Shown in pieces: positions 26,837-36,325 of a DNA stretch of 64,000 nucleotides. Location of the stretch: the NCBI GenBank assembly GCA_034189605.1, contig JAXHUO010000001.1:133976-197975 (forward strand), written 5' to 3'. The stretch comes from Chloroflexota bacterium. Lineage in GTDB: Bacteria > Chloroflexota > Anaerolineae > B4-G1. Made by a program: the position numbers and the translations under genes. Every line of letters begins with the position of its first letter. Position 1 is the stretch's first letter. The notes beneath the pieces are model-generated. The model ran no database searches. It had not been told where the DNA came from and was given only the letters and a program-made list of their open reading frames with translations.

Positions 26837-27873
26837 GCGTATTCTGTGTTATGGTAAAAAGGGAGTTGAGATCGGTCACCAAAGAGAAGACGATCATGAT
26901 CGCTATCATGATCCAGTTATTCATCGCATCTTTCTCATCGGTGATACTCGTCGGGCTGATGTCATTTTATGACCCAGACTCCATAGGCTTGAACGCCAGG
27001 ATCAGTACCAGGGTAGGTATCATCGGCGATGCCAACAGTCCATTGATAGGGTTTCTGAGAGACCGCAATGCGAGGGTGACGGCTTTCCCCTCACCCATGG
27101 ATGCCGAGAGTGCTTTCAGGGCCGGGATGATAGATACCATCATCTTTGTACCACAGGACAGCGGGCCCGTCGTTGATATGAAACTCTTTCTGCCCGCATC
27201 TGAGACGCAGGCAACGGTGATATTGATGGTGTTGAGGGAACCGATGAAACAGTATGAGAATTACTTGCGAGAAGGGCAGGGTGTCCACGTCAGGTATACG
27301 GATATCAGGGGGATGCCTTCCACGACATACGAGTTTCGATATTCTGTTATCATTCCCATATTGATGATCTTCCCTGCTTTCGTGGCGGGCAGTATGGTGA
27401 TAGACTCGATATCCGAAGAGTTGGAGAATCATACGCTGGAAACACTCTGGTCGGCGCCATTATCTCTCAACATGGTATTCGGGGCCAAGATCGCCTCAGC
27501 GCTCGTTCTCGCCATAGTGCAGTGCACCTTGTGGTCAATGCTGCTGCGTTTCAACCGCATTACCATACAAAATCTGGGCCTGGTTCTGCTATTCGCGGCA
27601 GTGTTGGCAGCCATAATTGCTGTGGGATCGGCGCTCATCGCGACCTACTTTAAGGACAGAGAACGGTCACAGTTTGTGTATTCCCTTTTTGTTCCCCTCT
27701 CAGCCGGAGCGAGTTATTTGTTCGACTTTTCACCCATAATGTTGATGACCCGCCTGGCGACGGGCGACTATTATACCGGTTTTGCGGACGTCGTTATATA
27801 TGGTATTCTGCTACTGGTGCTCCTGGCACTATTTTTCTCCATGGCCAAGAGGCTGATTGCCGTGCCTGCCTGA
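26833..27873 (+). CDS. ABC-2 type permease
   Basis: KRELR and ISEELENHTLETLWSAPL...GAK motifs; ATGA overlap with the upstream permease. Confidence 0.85.
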   Translation: MSVFCVMVKRELRSVTKEKTIMIAIMIQLFIASFSSVILVGLMSFYDPDSIGLNARISTRVGIIGDANSPLIGFLRDRNARVTAFPSPMDAESAFRAGMIDTIIFVPQDSGPVVDMKLFLPASETQATVILMVLREPMKQYENYLREGQGVHVRYTDIRGMPSTTYEFRYSVIIPILMIFPAFVAGSMVIDSISEELENHTLETLWSAPLSLNMVFGAKIASALVLAIVQCTLWSMLLRFNRITIQNLGLVLLFAAVLAAIIAVGSALIATYFKDRERSQFVYSLFVPLSAGASYLFDFSPIMLMTRLATGDYYTGFADVVIYGILLLVLLALFFSMAKRLIAVPA

Positions 27874-27928
27874 TGTTTCCCTTTGGGCAGAGGGTATTTG
27901 CACAAGAAGGTAGCGAACCCCAATGCTC

Positions 27929-30847
27929 CTAACGTGACTTTGTTGTAAACAGGGCGCAGCGGAAGCCTGCTTCGGGACTGGTGGCCGTCTGGTTGCCTTT
28001 GTAGCGGTTGGCGCAGCGCGCGGTCATACGGTTGGAGGACCACGAACCGCCCCGCAGCACTTTAACTGCCCCGGAAGCCGGGCCGTATGGGTCTTGGGAG
28101 ATGGAGGAGTGGGCATAATAGTCCTCACGGTACCAGTTGGCCGTCCACTCCAACACGTTCCCTGCCATGTCTGTGCAGCCGTAGGGGCTGTCCCCCGCCG
28201 GGCTAAAAGTTCCTACCGGCGTCGTGCCTCTTTTGTTCCCTTCCTTCGTGTTACACTTTTGGTCATCCCATCTGTTTCCCCAAGGATACGTCCGTCCATC
28301 CGTGCCCCGGCTTGCTTTCTCCCACTGGGCCTCTGTCGGCAGCCGGTATGGTTTGCCCGTCACCTCTGCCAGCCAGTGGCAGTAGGCCAGTGCATCCCAC
28401 CAACTCACGTTCACTACCGGGTGATCCTCCTTACCCTCCGGCGGGCGACTCCCTTCCCAGTGCTCTGGGGGCCGGCGTCCGGTGGCCTCCACGAAGACGG
28501 CATATTGGGCATTGGTCACTGGATGTTTACCGATCCAATAGTCTGACAGGTAAATCTGACGCTGAGGCTTTTCGGATGCTAGTGCTTTTTTGTCCCGCTC
28601 CTTGCTGCCTCTCAGGAACTCGCCGGCTGGGATGCCCACCATCTCTGGCTCCAGGTGAAAGCGCACATGCAACAGGACCTCTACTTCTGCCACCCCGGCG
28701 TTGGAAACTGCGTGAACGACCTCGCGGTGGTTGCCTGTCGTCAGTCTGACCGTTGACAAACGTACTGGTTGCGCTTCTCCGGCCCGACAGCGGAAGGCGG
28801 CTGGTTTGGCGGTCAGCCAGTCGGCCTCGGCCATCACTGCGCCAGTTAGTACTCCAGGCCCGGTGTTACGCACCATCAGTTTAGCGCTCCTGGTTGCATC
28901 AGGCTGGGCCAGGTCTATGGTCCCCAGGTCTATCTGCGCCGGCTCTACCTGCAAACGGGGGGGCAGGACCCGAATATGAACGCCCAGAACTGTGTGACCG
29001 CCGTTGCTTTCTAACACCAGCGCCCAGGCATGGGTAGCATCGCCTGGCGGGAGCGCCTCCGAATCAACGTTCACTACCACCTGGATGCTGTCCCTGGCTG
29101 GCACTTTGAATTGCTCCGGTGAGGCCGTCAGCCAGCCCACCCGGCAACAGACTCTGCCGATCAGATAGCCCCGGCCGCTGTTGCGGATGGTGAATGTTGT
29201 CTGACTGGTCTCTCCCTGGCCCACCTCGCCAAAGTCGAGCGCTGGAACATCTACCTGTAGTACGGATGGCAGGATGTCTACCCGAACTGTCAAATCCTGG
29301 TCACCGCCTATGCTGTGGATCTGAAGACTATCTGACGACTGAATACGGCCAGATGGCAGGCCACTCAAGTCAGGGTTCACCGTTATGGTAGAACACTCTC
29401 CCGCTTTGCAGCCAAACCACTCTGGTGCGACCTTGAGCCACGGCACCCGGCACACGACATTGCCAAAGAGGTATCCCCGTCCCGTGTTGGTGATGGTCAG
29501 GGTTACCGGTTGCCCGGTCTCTCCCACCCCAACTGCTGGCAGGTCAAGCCTTTTGGGGGTGATATCTATGACTGCCGGGGTCGCGCCCAGCGACTCCAGG
29601 AACTCTTCCAGGCCAGCATTGCGGGCAATATCGTCACCACTCTGGATCCGTTGGACGATGGCCTCTGCTCGCGCGGTGATCACTCCCAGTTCATCGGCTG
29701 GGCCGTGCAGGTGGGCGGTCCGTAAGCGGTTCACACCGTCGCGCAGCCAGTCGGTGATGTAACCTTTGGCAAAGTGATCCACCGCCCGATCCCAGTCGTC
29801 GTCGCATACAGCCGGCAGATCAGCGGGGTCGGTGGCGAGGTGATCGGAGGACAGGATATAAGGGGCCAGCCCGACTGCACCAGACAGGGTGGCGACTGGC
29901 GGCGGAGACGTCGGCGGGAAGGCAGAGAACACAGATGCGGACTGGCCTGTCAGGTCTATGCCTGTGGTAGTGAGAAACGTGGATAGAGACGTGTCCGTGA
30001 TAGAAGCGCCGGCGCCAACCCGGTTCAGGTGTTCGATGAACTCATCGGCACTTTGGTAGCGGTCACGTGGGTTCTTGGCCATCGCTTTGATAATGATCCG
30101 GTCAATATCTGACGGCAGAGCCGGGTTGAGTTGGCTGGCTATGGGAATCGGGTCATTTACGTGCTTGAGGAGAACCGCCACCCCTGAGTCCGCGCTGTAT
30201 GGGGGCTGGTCGGTCACCATCTGAAAGAACATGGCCCCCAACGAATAGATGTCGCTACGTGCGTCTTGGGGTTTTCCCAATCCTTGTTCGGGGGATATAT
30301 AGTTAGGTGTGCCCGCTATTGCTCCGGCGGAGGTGTACTGAGGGCTACCCAGAATCTTGACTATGCCAAAATCTGTCAGAATCACCTGGTTATCTCGATT
30401 GATCATGACGTTGGATGGTTTGATGTCCCGGTGGATCATATTGCGGCCGTGGGCATAAGAGAGCGCAGATGCCACGTCTCTGGCGATGCGGGTCGCTTCC
30501 TCTAATGGCATGATCTTGTTGTTGTCTGTCAGTTCACGCAGTTTCGCTTCCAGGGTATAACCATCAATGAATTCCATGACGATGTAATAGTACACGCCAT
30601 CCGTTACGTCAAAATCGTGCACCTGCACAATATTGGGGTGGCGGAGATGGCCTGCTGCCTTGGCTTCGCGTTGGAACCGGTCCAGAAAATCCTTGTCTTC
30701 AGCGAGAAAGGAGTGCAGAATTTTGATTGCAACGTGCCGATCCAGCGCCGGGTGATAGGCCTGGTAGACCTCGGCCATTGCCCCTCGCCCGAGGAGTTCC
30801 ATTATCTGGTATTTGCCAAGTGTTTTGCCGATGATCGAATCCACCAT
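27929..30847 (-). CDS. Ser/Thr protein kinase with Ig-like repeats and a C-terminal FGE-sulfatase (SUMF1) domain
   Basis: Kinase motifs GRGAMAEV, VAIK, HRDIKPSN, DFG; repeated LDFG..N.G.G.L.G....WL modules; RLPTEAQWEKA and DMAGNVLEW. Confidence 0.9.
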   Translation of the reverse strand: MVDSIIGKTLGKYQIMELLGRGAMAEVYQAYHPALDRHVAIKILHSFLAEDKDFLDRFQREAKAAGHLRHPNIVQVHDFDVTDGVYYYIVMEFIDGYTLEAKLRELTDNNKIMPLEEATRIARDVASALSYAHGRNMIHRDIKPSNVMINRDNQVILTDFGIVKILGSPQYTSAGAIAGTPNYISPEQGLGKPQDARSDIYSLGAMFFQMVTDQPPYSADSGVAVLLKHVNDPIPIASQLNPALPSDIDRIIIKAMAKNPRDRYQSADEFIEHLNRVGAGASITDTSLSTFLTTTGIDLTGQSASVFSAFPPTSPPPVATLSGAVGLAPYILSSDHLATDPADLPAVCDDDWDRAVDHFAKGYITDWLRDGVNRLRTAHLHGPADELGVITARAEAIVQRIQSGDDIARNAGLEEFLESLGATPAVIDITPKRLDLPAVGVGETGQPVTLTITNTGRGYLFGNVVCRVPWLKVAPEWFGCKAGECSTITVNPDLSGLPSGRIQSSDSLQIHSIGGDQDLTVRVDILPSVLQVDVPALDFGEVGQGETSQTTFTIRNSGRGYLIGRVCCRVGWLTASPEQFKVPARDSIQVVVNVDSEALPPGDATHAWALVLESNGGHTVLGVHIRVLPPRLQVEPAQIDLGTIDLAQPDATRSAKLMVRNTGPGVLTGAVMAEADWLTAKPAAFRCRAGEAQPVRLSTVRLTTGNHREVVHAVSNAGVAEVEVLLHVRFHLEPEMVGIPAGEFLRGSKERDKKALASEKPQRQIYLSDYWIGKHPVTNAQYAVFVEATGRRPPEHWEGSRPPEGKEDHPVVNVSWWDALAYCHWLAEVTGKPYRLPTEAQWEKASRGTDGRTYPWGNRWDDQKCNTKEGNKRGTTPVGTFSPAGDSPYGCTDMAGNVLEWTANWYREDYYAHSSISQDPYGPASGAVKVLRGGSWSSNRMTARCANRYKGNQTATSPEAGFRCALFTTKSR

Positions 30848-31012
30848 GCTGTCTTTGTTTTCCCCAGTGTGTGATTGGGAGATTGCATAGCAAAGCGATT
30901 GGCACAGGATGCTGTTCTGATGCCAATGACTGACTATCTCTTATCATGTGTTGGTGATGCTACAAGTAGCCTGCTCTGCCCAGTTTGTCCAGTATAGTAA
31001 CTACTCAGCCTA

Positions 31013-31100
31013 TGTCATTGCGAGGGCGTTTTTTTGCCCGAAGCAATCCCCAAGTAGCATCATAGGAGATTGCTTCGTCGCTACGCTCCTCGCAATGACA
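31013..31100. repeat. REP-like palindromic element (GTCATTGCGAG type)
   Basis: tgtcattgcgagg...gaagcaatcc...gagattgcttc...cctcgcaatgaca, nested inverted repeats. Confidence 0.8.
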
Positions 31101-31304
31101 AATGCGGCGTTGTTGTGCTGTATGCCCGAGTAGTTACCCAGTATAAATATAAACCGGAATCAACATTGTCAGGGTTTCACTTGCGTTACGGTTTCGTTGC
31201 GCCGCGTCACTCGTGCAGACAAAAACAATCCTGCACATCTCACGCACGCAGTGGTAGCCGTGGCGTGGGTTGTCCCAGGATTGCTTCCAGTTCCACCCGT
31301 TTTA

Positions 31305-32630
31305 TTACCCAATCGCCCGATCAATTGCCTGGCTCACCACCTGGACGTCGGCTGGCAATTCCAGCGGTGGGTTGGCGTGGCGGGCGACCACGTCCGCCAG
31401 TCTCTCTTCGTGGTAATCCACCTTGAATCCGGTGAACTTGAGGCCGTGGGCGGTGGAGATGACGACGACACGGTGTTTTGGCAGGATCATGCCCCGTTTC
31501 ACCAGTTTGAACAGAACTGCCAACGCTACGCCGGTCTGGGGGCAGCAGTATAGCCCGGCACGGTCGGCGCGGGCGGCGGTGTTTGCCAGTTCATCCTCGC
31601 TGGCTTGCTCGACGATACCATCAAAGGCTCTCAGCGCCTTGACCGCGCGCTCGTAACTGACCGGCGCACCAATCTGGATGGCGCTAGCCAGCGTCTTTCG
31701 TGCTGACACTGGCCGGTACTCCTTAAAGCCCGTCAGGTAACTCTGGTAGAGCGGGTTGGCGTTTGCGGCCTGGGCACAGGCGATGCGCGGCAGCCTGTTT
31801 ATCAACCCTAATTCCTGCATCATCAGGAAGCCTCGGCTAAGTGCGCTGACGTTGCCCAGGTTGCCCGCCGGTATGACTACCCAATCCGGCACCTCCCAGC
31901 CAAATTGCTGGACGATCTCAAAAGCGACTGTCTTTTGGCCCTCAATACGCAGCGAGTTCATCGAGTTAGCCAGGTAGATGGTCTGGTCGGCCGTCACCTG
32001 TTGCACGACGCGCATGCAGCCATCAAAGTCAGTGTCGAGCGCCAGCACCAGCGCGCCGTGGGCAATGGGTTGCACCAGTTGGGCGGTGGAGACTTTGCCC
32101 CGGGGCAGGAAGACGATAGCGGGGATGCCGGCCGCAGCCGCGTAGGCAGCCAGCGCCGCCGATGTGTCGCCGGTGGAGGCGCAGGCCACCGCCCGGATTG
32201 GCTTCCCGTCGGCGATCATTTGCCGTACCACCGACGCCAGCACTGTCATACCCAGGTCTTTGAATGAGCCGGTGTGGCTGTTACCGCACAACTTGACCCA
32301 CAGGTCGGACACGCCAATCTCTTGCCCCAGTCGCTCTGCCCAAAAGCAATTGGTGTGTCCCTCGTACATAGAGACGACATTCTCGGCCTCCACCTGAGGG
32401 CAAACCCACTCCTTTTTGCCCCACACGCCGCTGCCGTAGGGCCACTCGTTCGTCCGCGTCCGCTGGTCGAAGAGGCGCATCCACGCGGCTGCGCTGCGGT
32501 TCTTTAGCGCTTCTAGATCGTGCTCCACGTCCAGCAACCCCCCGCAATCCTCGCAGTGGTAGACGACATCGTAGATGGAATAGCGACGTCCGCAGCCACG
32601 GATACACTCAAACCAACTGTTGTAGATCAT
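31305..32630 (-). CDS. thrC: Threonine synthase
   Basis: PLP-lysine motif [10 protein letters not shown]; [22 protein letters not shown] and STAHGLKF motifs. Confidence 0.95.
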   Translation of the reverse strand: MIYNSWFECIRGCGRRYSIYDVVYHCEDCGGLLDVEHDLEALKNRSAAAWMRLFDQRTRTNEWPYGSGVWGKKEWVCPQVEAENVVSMYEGHTNCFWAERLGQEIGVSDLWVKLCGNSHTGSFKDLGMTVLASVVRQMIADGKPIRAVACASTGDTSAALAAYAAAAGIPAIVFLPRGKVSTAQLVQPIAHGALVLALDTDFDGCMRVVQQVTADQTIYLANSMNSLRIEGQKTVAFEIVQQFGWEVPDWVVIPAGNLGNVSALSRGFLMMQELGLINRLPRIACAQAANANPLYQSYLTGFKEYRPVSARKTLASAIQIGAPVSYERAVKALRAFDGIVEQASEDELANTAARADRAGLYCCPQTGVALAVLFKLVKRGMILPKHRVVVISTAHGLKFTGFKVDYHEERLADVVARHANPPLELPADVQVVSQAIDRAIG

Positions 32631-32704
32631 TCCTTAACCTCCCAAATAGACGGCGGATGGTGGGTGGTAGATGGCGATTTTGTCATTTGTCATTTTTCAA
32701 TCTG

Positions 32705-33835
32705 TCATTCGCCCACGGCGTGCGTCTCTACCCGGTGGATGGGCCGGTATCCCTGGGCTGCCAGGTCGTCCGTCGGGATGGAGGCCTCGTCAGGCTTGTC
32801 CGAAAGACCGAACAGTAGCGCGCCTTGTGTTTGCCACTTTAGCGCCATCTCCCGTACCTCCTGCGTGATGACGATCTCCTGTCCCAGCAAGTTCTCTACC
32901 GCTGCCTCGTCCTCCAGCCACCCCATCCGCTCGACGGTGGCATGGTACTCGTTGTAGCGAAAGGCCTTGAAGGGGGTGGGGTCGCCCTGCTGCACGAGGG
33001 CGTGAACGCTGCTGTGAATCTGGTGCAGGTTGGCGGGCAATTCGCCTGCACGGTCGTCTACCTCGGCGATGAACTGCTCAAAGTTCATCAATTGCCCGGC
33101 GCGCACCTGGGCCACCAGCGGCTCTAGTCTGTACAGACCACTGCCCAGGATCAAGCAGACGTAGGCCAGATAGTCCTGGTTGTCGCTGGTAAAGGGGTGG
33201 AACTCGGGCTGGTTGAGGCGGTCATAAGCGGTCTGAAAGTTCTCCGCGTTAAAGTCAGCCCCCAGCAAGTCGCCGACGGTGCGGCGCACCGCCTCGACCC
33301 GTGCCTGGTCAATGACGTGATCGTTGCGCCCGCGCGCACCTAACGCCGTCTTGTCCAGGTCAACGATTATCGCCGTCCGCTCGTCCAGCGGGAAACGGTG
33401 CTGGCGGCAGAAACGGTCAAATCCAGAAAGCGCCGCCCAGCGGTTCGCCAGATGGAGCGTGCCCCCGTCCTGTTCGACGACCTCCACGCGCGCGGGCTCG
33501 TCCCGTTCGGCCCCGATGAAGGCCAGGCCAGGCCAGCCGCCAGCGCGGCAGATATTGGCAAAGGCGGTGCCGTCGTTCATCTGCGTGTCTCCCACGTAGA
33601 TCAGCCGCTCGATGGGAGTGCCTGGCGCACCCAATGCCCGCGCCTGCCGCAGCAGATAGGCCATAACGCGGGCATACTCTGGTTGGCTCTTGCGCGGGAT
33701 GATACCTTCTGGCAACCCCACGTGCTCGCGAATCTCGTCCAGCGGCGGCAGTCGTCGGTCAACCGGCACCAGGTTGCGGTAGACGACCATGTCGCCCAGA
33801 AATTCGTAGACAGACGTACGGCCATGATTCTCCAT
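32705..33835 (-). CDS. Uncharacterised HAD-like protein with motifs in permuted order
   Basis: RKSQPEY, IYVGDTQMND, IVDLDKT and GLSDKP motifs. Start at ATG 33835 (RBS AGGAG) or 33853. Confidence 0.7.
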   Translation of the reverse strand: MENHGRTSVYEFLGDMVVYRNLVPVDRRLPPLDEIREHVGLPEGIIPRKSQPEYARVMAYLLRQARALGAPGTPIERLIYVGDTQMNDGTAFANICRAGGWPGLAFIGAERDEPARVEVVEQDGGTLHLANRWAALSGFDRFCRQHRFPLDERTAIIVDLDKTALGARGRNDHVIDQARVEAVRRTVGDLLGADFNAENFQTAYDRLNQPEFHPFTSDNQDYLAYVCLILGSGLYRLEPLVAQVRAGQLMNFEQFIAEVDDRAGELPANLHQIHSSVHALVQQGDPTPFKAFRYNEYHATVERMGWLEDEAAVENLLGQEIVITQEVREMALKWQTQGALLFGLSDKPDEASIPTDDLAAQGYRPIHRVETHAVGE

Positions 33836-33849
33836 TCGATCCAGTCTCC

Positions 33850-34014
33850 TCATACATTTTCTTTCCTGGCAACAAAAAGAAGGTGGAGTCCCATCCCCAG
33901 TAATTCTGGGGTTGTACAAACCTCCAATTCCAACTCCTTTAGCCTTTCCCACTTTTCCTTCTCGGAATATGTACCAGTATCAATCGTATCTGCAAAGGTC
34001 GGGGTTGAGGCCAC
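33850..34014 (-). pseudogene. C-terminal remnant of a class I SAM-dependent methyltransferase
   Basis: ...EKWERLKELELEVCTTPELLGMGLHLLFVARKENV* resembles a methyltransferase final helix and strand; no N-terminal part. Confidence 0.5.
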
Positions 34015-34015
34015 T

Positions 34016-34969
34016 TTAGAAGTCTATCTTCCCAAGAATGTGCTGCTTGTACCACTCGACTGTTTTCTCCAGCCCTTCTTCCAGTGTCGTGGTTGGATTG
34101 TAGCCCAATAGCCTGCGCGCTTTTTCAATATTGGCGTGTGTCTTTAGTTGGTCTCCCGCTCTCCTGGGAACCCTTGTTATCCTGGCTGGTTTGCCGATGA
34201 TCTCCTCCACAGTTCTTTTTCCTTCTTCTGTGGTAAGCGTGACATCTGTTCCGATGTTAAAAATCTCGCCGATGCACCTGTCAAAGTTGGCCAGGGCTGC
34301 TACCATTCCATCTATGGCGTCCCCGACATAAGTGTAACTTCGCAGGTGGTGTTCGCTGCCCTCGCACAGCGGGAATTCTCTATCTTCGAGAATGCAGCGG
34401 ATCAGTTTGGAGTACAACTTCTCCGGTCGCTCACGCGGTCCGTATACAGAGAATAGCCGCAACGAACAGGCCGGCAACCCTTGCTCTCGCGTGTACGCAA
34501 GCACGAGTTGTTCTGCAGCGAGTTTGGTGACTCCATAATATGACGTGGGTTTGGGTTCCGTTGTCTCGTCTCCGCTGGCGTCGGCTCCGTATATGGATGA
34601 CGTGGAGATATTGATGAACCCTTGGAACGAAGGGGATAACCTGACGGCTTCCAGCAGCCGGTATGTTGCCGTGATGTTGTTTCTCACGTATGTCTCAAAT
34701 GTGGTCGTGGCGGATATCCCAGGCTGTGCGGCCACGTGATACACGAATTCGATATCTCTGACGGCCAAACTGAGGTCATCCTCTGCCAGATCGAGGGGCA
34801 AAAGTACGACGCCCTTGTTTTTTATCTGACTGGCGTTGAGTTCCTTGAGCGCCCTGGCATAGTAATCCGTGAAGCAATCCAGCCCGCGCACAGAATGGCC
34901 CAAGTTTACCAATCGCTCCGCCAAGTGGGATCCGATAAAGCCTGCTGCTCCTGTTATGAGAATGTTCAT
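34016..34969 (-). CDS. NAD-dependent epimerase/dehydratase (extended SDR)
   Basis: ITGAAGFIGS, STSSIYG, YGVTK and VYGP motifs. Confidence 0.92.
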   Translation of the reverse strand: MNILITGAAGFIGSHLAERLVNLGHSVRGLDCFTDYYARALKELNASQIKNKGVVLLPLDLAEDDLSLAVRDIEFVYHVAAQPGISATTTFETYVRNNITATYRLLEAVRLSPSFQGFINISTSSIYGADASGDETTEPKPTSYYGVTKLAAEQLVLAYTREQGLPACSLRLFSVYGPRERPEKLYSKLIRCILEDREFPLCEGSEHHLRSYTYVGDAIDGMVAALANFDRCIGEIFNIGTDVTLTTEEGKRTVEEIIGKPARITRVPRRAGDQLKTHANIEKARRLLGYNPTTTLEEGLEKTVEWYKQHILGKIDF

Positions 34970-35076
34970 GGGAAAGCCTCCTGATTGAACGGTTTCACTT
35001 GATATACTCGTGTAGGGCGGTTTTGCTAACCGCCATAGCCAACGACAATCACCCCCGGTCGGATAGCAAATCCGAC

Positions 35077-36171
35077 CTACGTCCTTGCCAGATAACCTTT
35101 GGCTTTGAGCAGTTCGGCGCTCAAGATTGCGCCGCCGGCTGCTCCTCGGATCGTGTTGTGCGACAAGGCGACGAATCGGATGTCCATCACCGGGCATTCA
35201 CGCAAGCGCCCGACGGTCACGGCCATGCCCTTTCCAGCGTCCCGATCCTTACGAGGCTGCGGCCGAACCTTTTCACCCCGGTAAATGATAGGCGATTTGG
35301 GGGCAAAAGGAAGACCCAGTTCCTGCGGCTCGGCCCTGAATTCGCTCCAGATGGCGATAATCTCGTCCAGCGAGGGTGGGGCCGACTCGAACTTTAGGCT
35401 GACACAGGCTGTATGACCATTTGTGATGGGGACGCGGTTGCAATGGGCCGAAATCCTCAACGAGTCGTTATAGACGAACTCGCCATTTTTAATAGAGCCA
35501 ATTATTTTCAGTGGCTCGCACTCGGTTTTCTCTTCCTCGCCCGGTATAAAGGGAACAACGTTGTCAATCATATCTATTGATGCAGGCCCAGGGTAACCTG
35601 CGCCGGACACCGCTTGAAGGGTAGTAACAACCAGGCTCTCGACAGGATACCCGGCTGCTATTAGAGCGTAAACGGGAGGCAAGTAGCTCTGTAGGCTGCA
35701 GTTTGGTTTTACTACAATGAACCCTCTGTCCCAACCTCTGTTCTTCTGCTGAAAGGGAATAATGTCGGTGTGATCGGAGTTTACTTCCGGGATGAGCATC
35801 GGGACATCTTTTGTATGGCGGTGTGCCGAGTTGTTAGAGATGACCGGAATGCCGCTGGCTGCATACCTCTCCTCCAGTGCGCGCACGGCCTGTTTTTCCA
35901 TCTCGACGGCAGAAAACACAAGGTCGCATTGGGTTCTCGCTTCTTCCACGTCACGGGCGTGGCCGACGACCAGGTTGGCAATTTCCTCTGGGATATCTTT
36001 ATCCATCAACCAACGACCTGCCACTGCCTCGGAGTACTTTTTTCCTGCGGACCTGGGAGACGCGGAGACGTACGTTACCTGAAACCAGGGATGATCCTTC
36101 AAAAGCCGCAGATAGTTTTGCCCAACCATACCAGTTGCGCCGACGACCCCCACTTTTGTTTTTTTCATCAT
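35077..36171 (-). CDS. asd: Aspartate-semialdehyde dehydrogenase (archaeal/fungal-type branch)
   Basis: GATGMVGQ, KPNCS, QAVSGAGYPG and SHNTIRGAAG motifs. Confidence 0.93.
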   Translation of the reverse strand: MMKKTKVGVVGATGMVGQNYLRLLKDHPWFQVTYVSASPRSAGKKYSEAVAGRWLMDKDIPEEIANLVVGHARDVEEARTQCDLVFSAVEMEKQAVRALEERYAASGIPVISNNSAHRHTKDVPMLIPEVNSDHTDIIPFQQKNRGWDRGFIVVKPNCSLQSYLPPVYALIAAGYPVESLVVTTLQAVSGAGYPGPASIDMIDNVVPFIPGEEEKTECEPLKIIGSIKNGEFVYNDSLRISAHCNRVPITNGHTACVSLKFESAPPSLDEIIAIWSEFRAEPQELGLPFAPKSPIIYRGEKVRPQPRKDRDAGKGMAVTVGRLRECPVMDIRFVALSHNTIRGAAGGAILSAELLKAKGYLART

Positions 36172-36189
36172 CTACCTCACAATTTACAG

Positions 36190-36290
36190 GTATCTTTTCA
36201 ATAAATGGGGGTGGGATGGAGGAACGCCGGCATCTTGCTGGCATCTAGCGACCAAGATGGTCGCGTTCCCCCAAGATATTGAGAAGATAC
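36190..36290. mobile_element. MITE-like element with 14-bp terminal inverted repeats and an 8-bp target-site duplication
   Basis: gtatcttttcaata...tattgagaagatac (13/14 match), flanked by ATTTACAG at 36182-36189 and 36291-36298; second copy at 39706. Confidence 0.8.
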
Positions 36291-36325
36291 ATTTACAGTT
36301 TCTCGGCTGAGAATCTGTGACGGTT

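Noticed and set aside
27929-28650. FGE-sulfatase domain as a diversity-generating retroelement target
   Set aside because: No template repeat and no reverse transcriptase in the window.
31140-31300. Possible riboswitch downstream of thrC
   Set aside because: Only short hairpins; no recognisable aptamer consensus.
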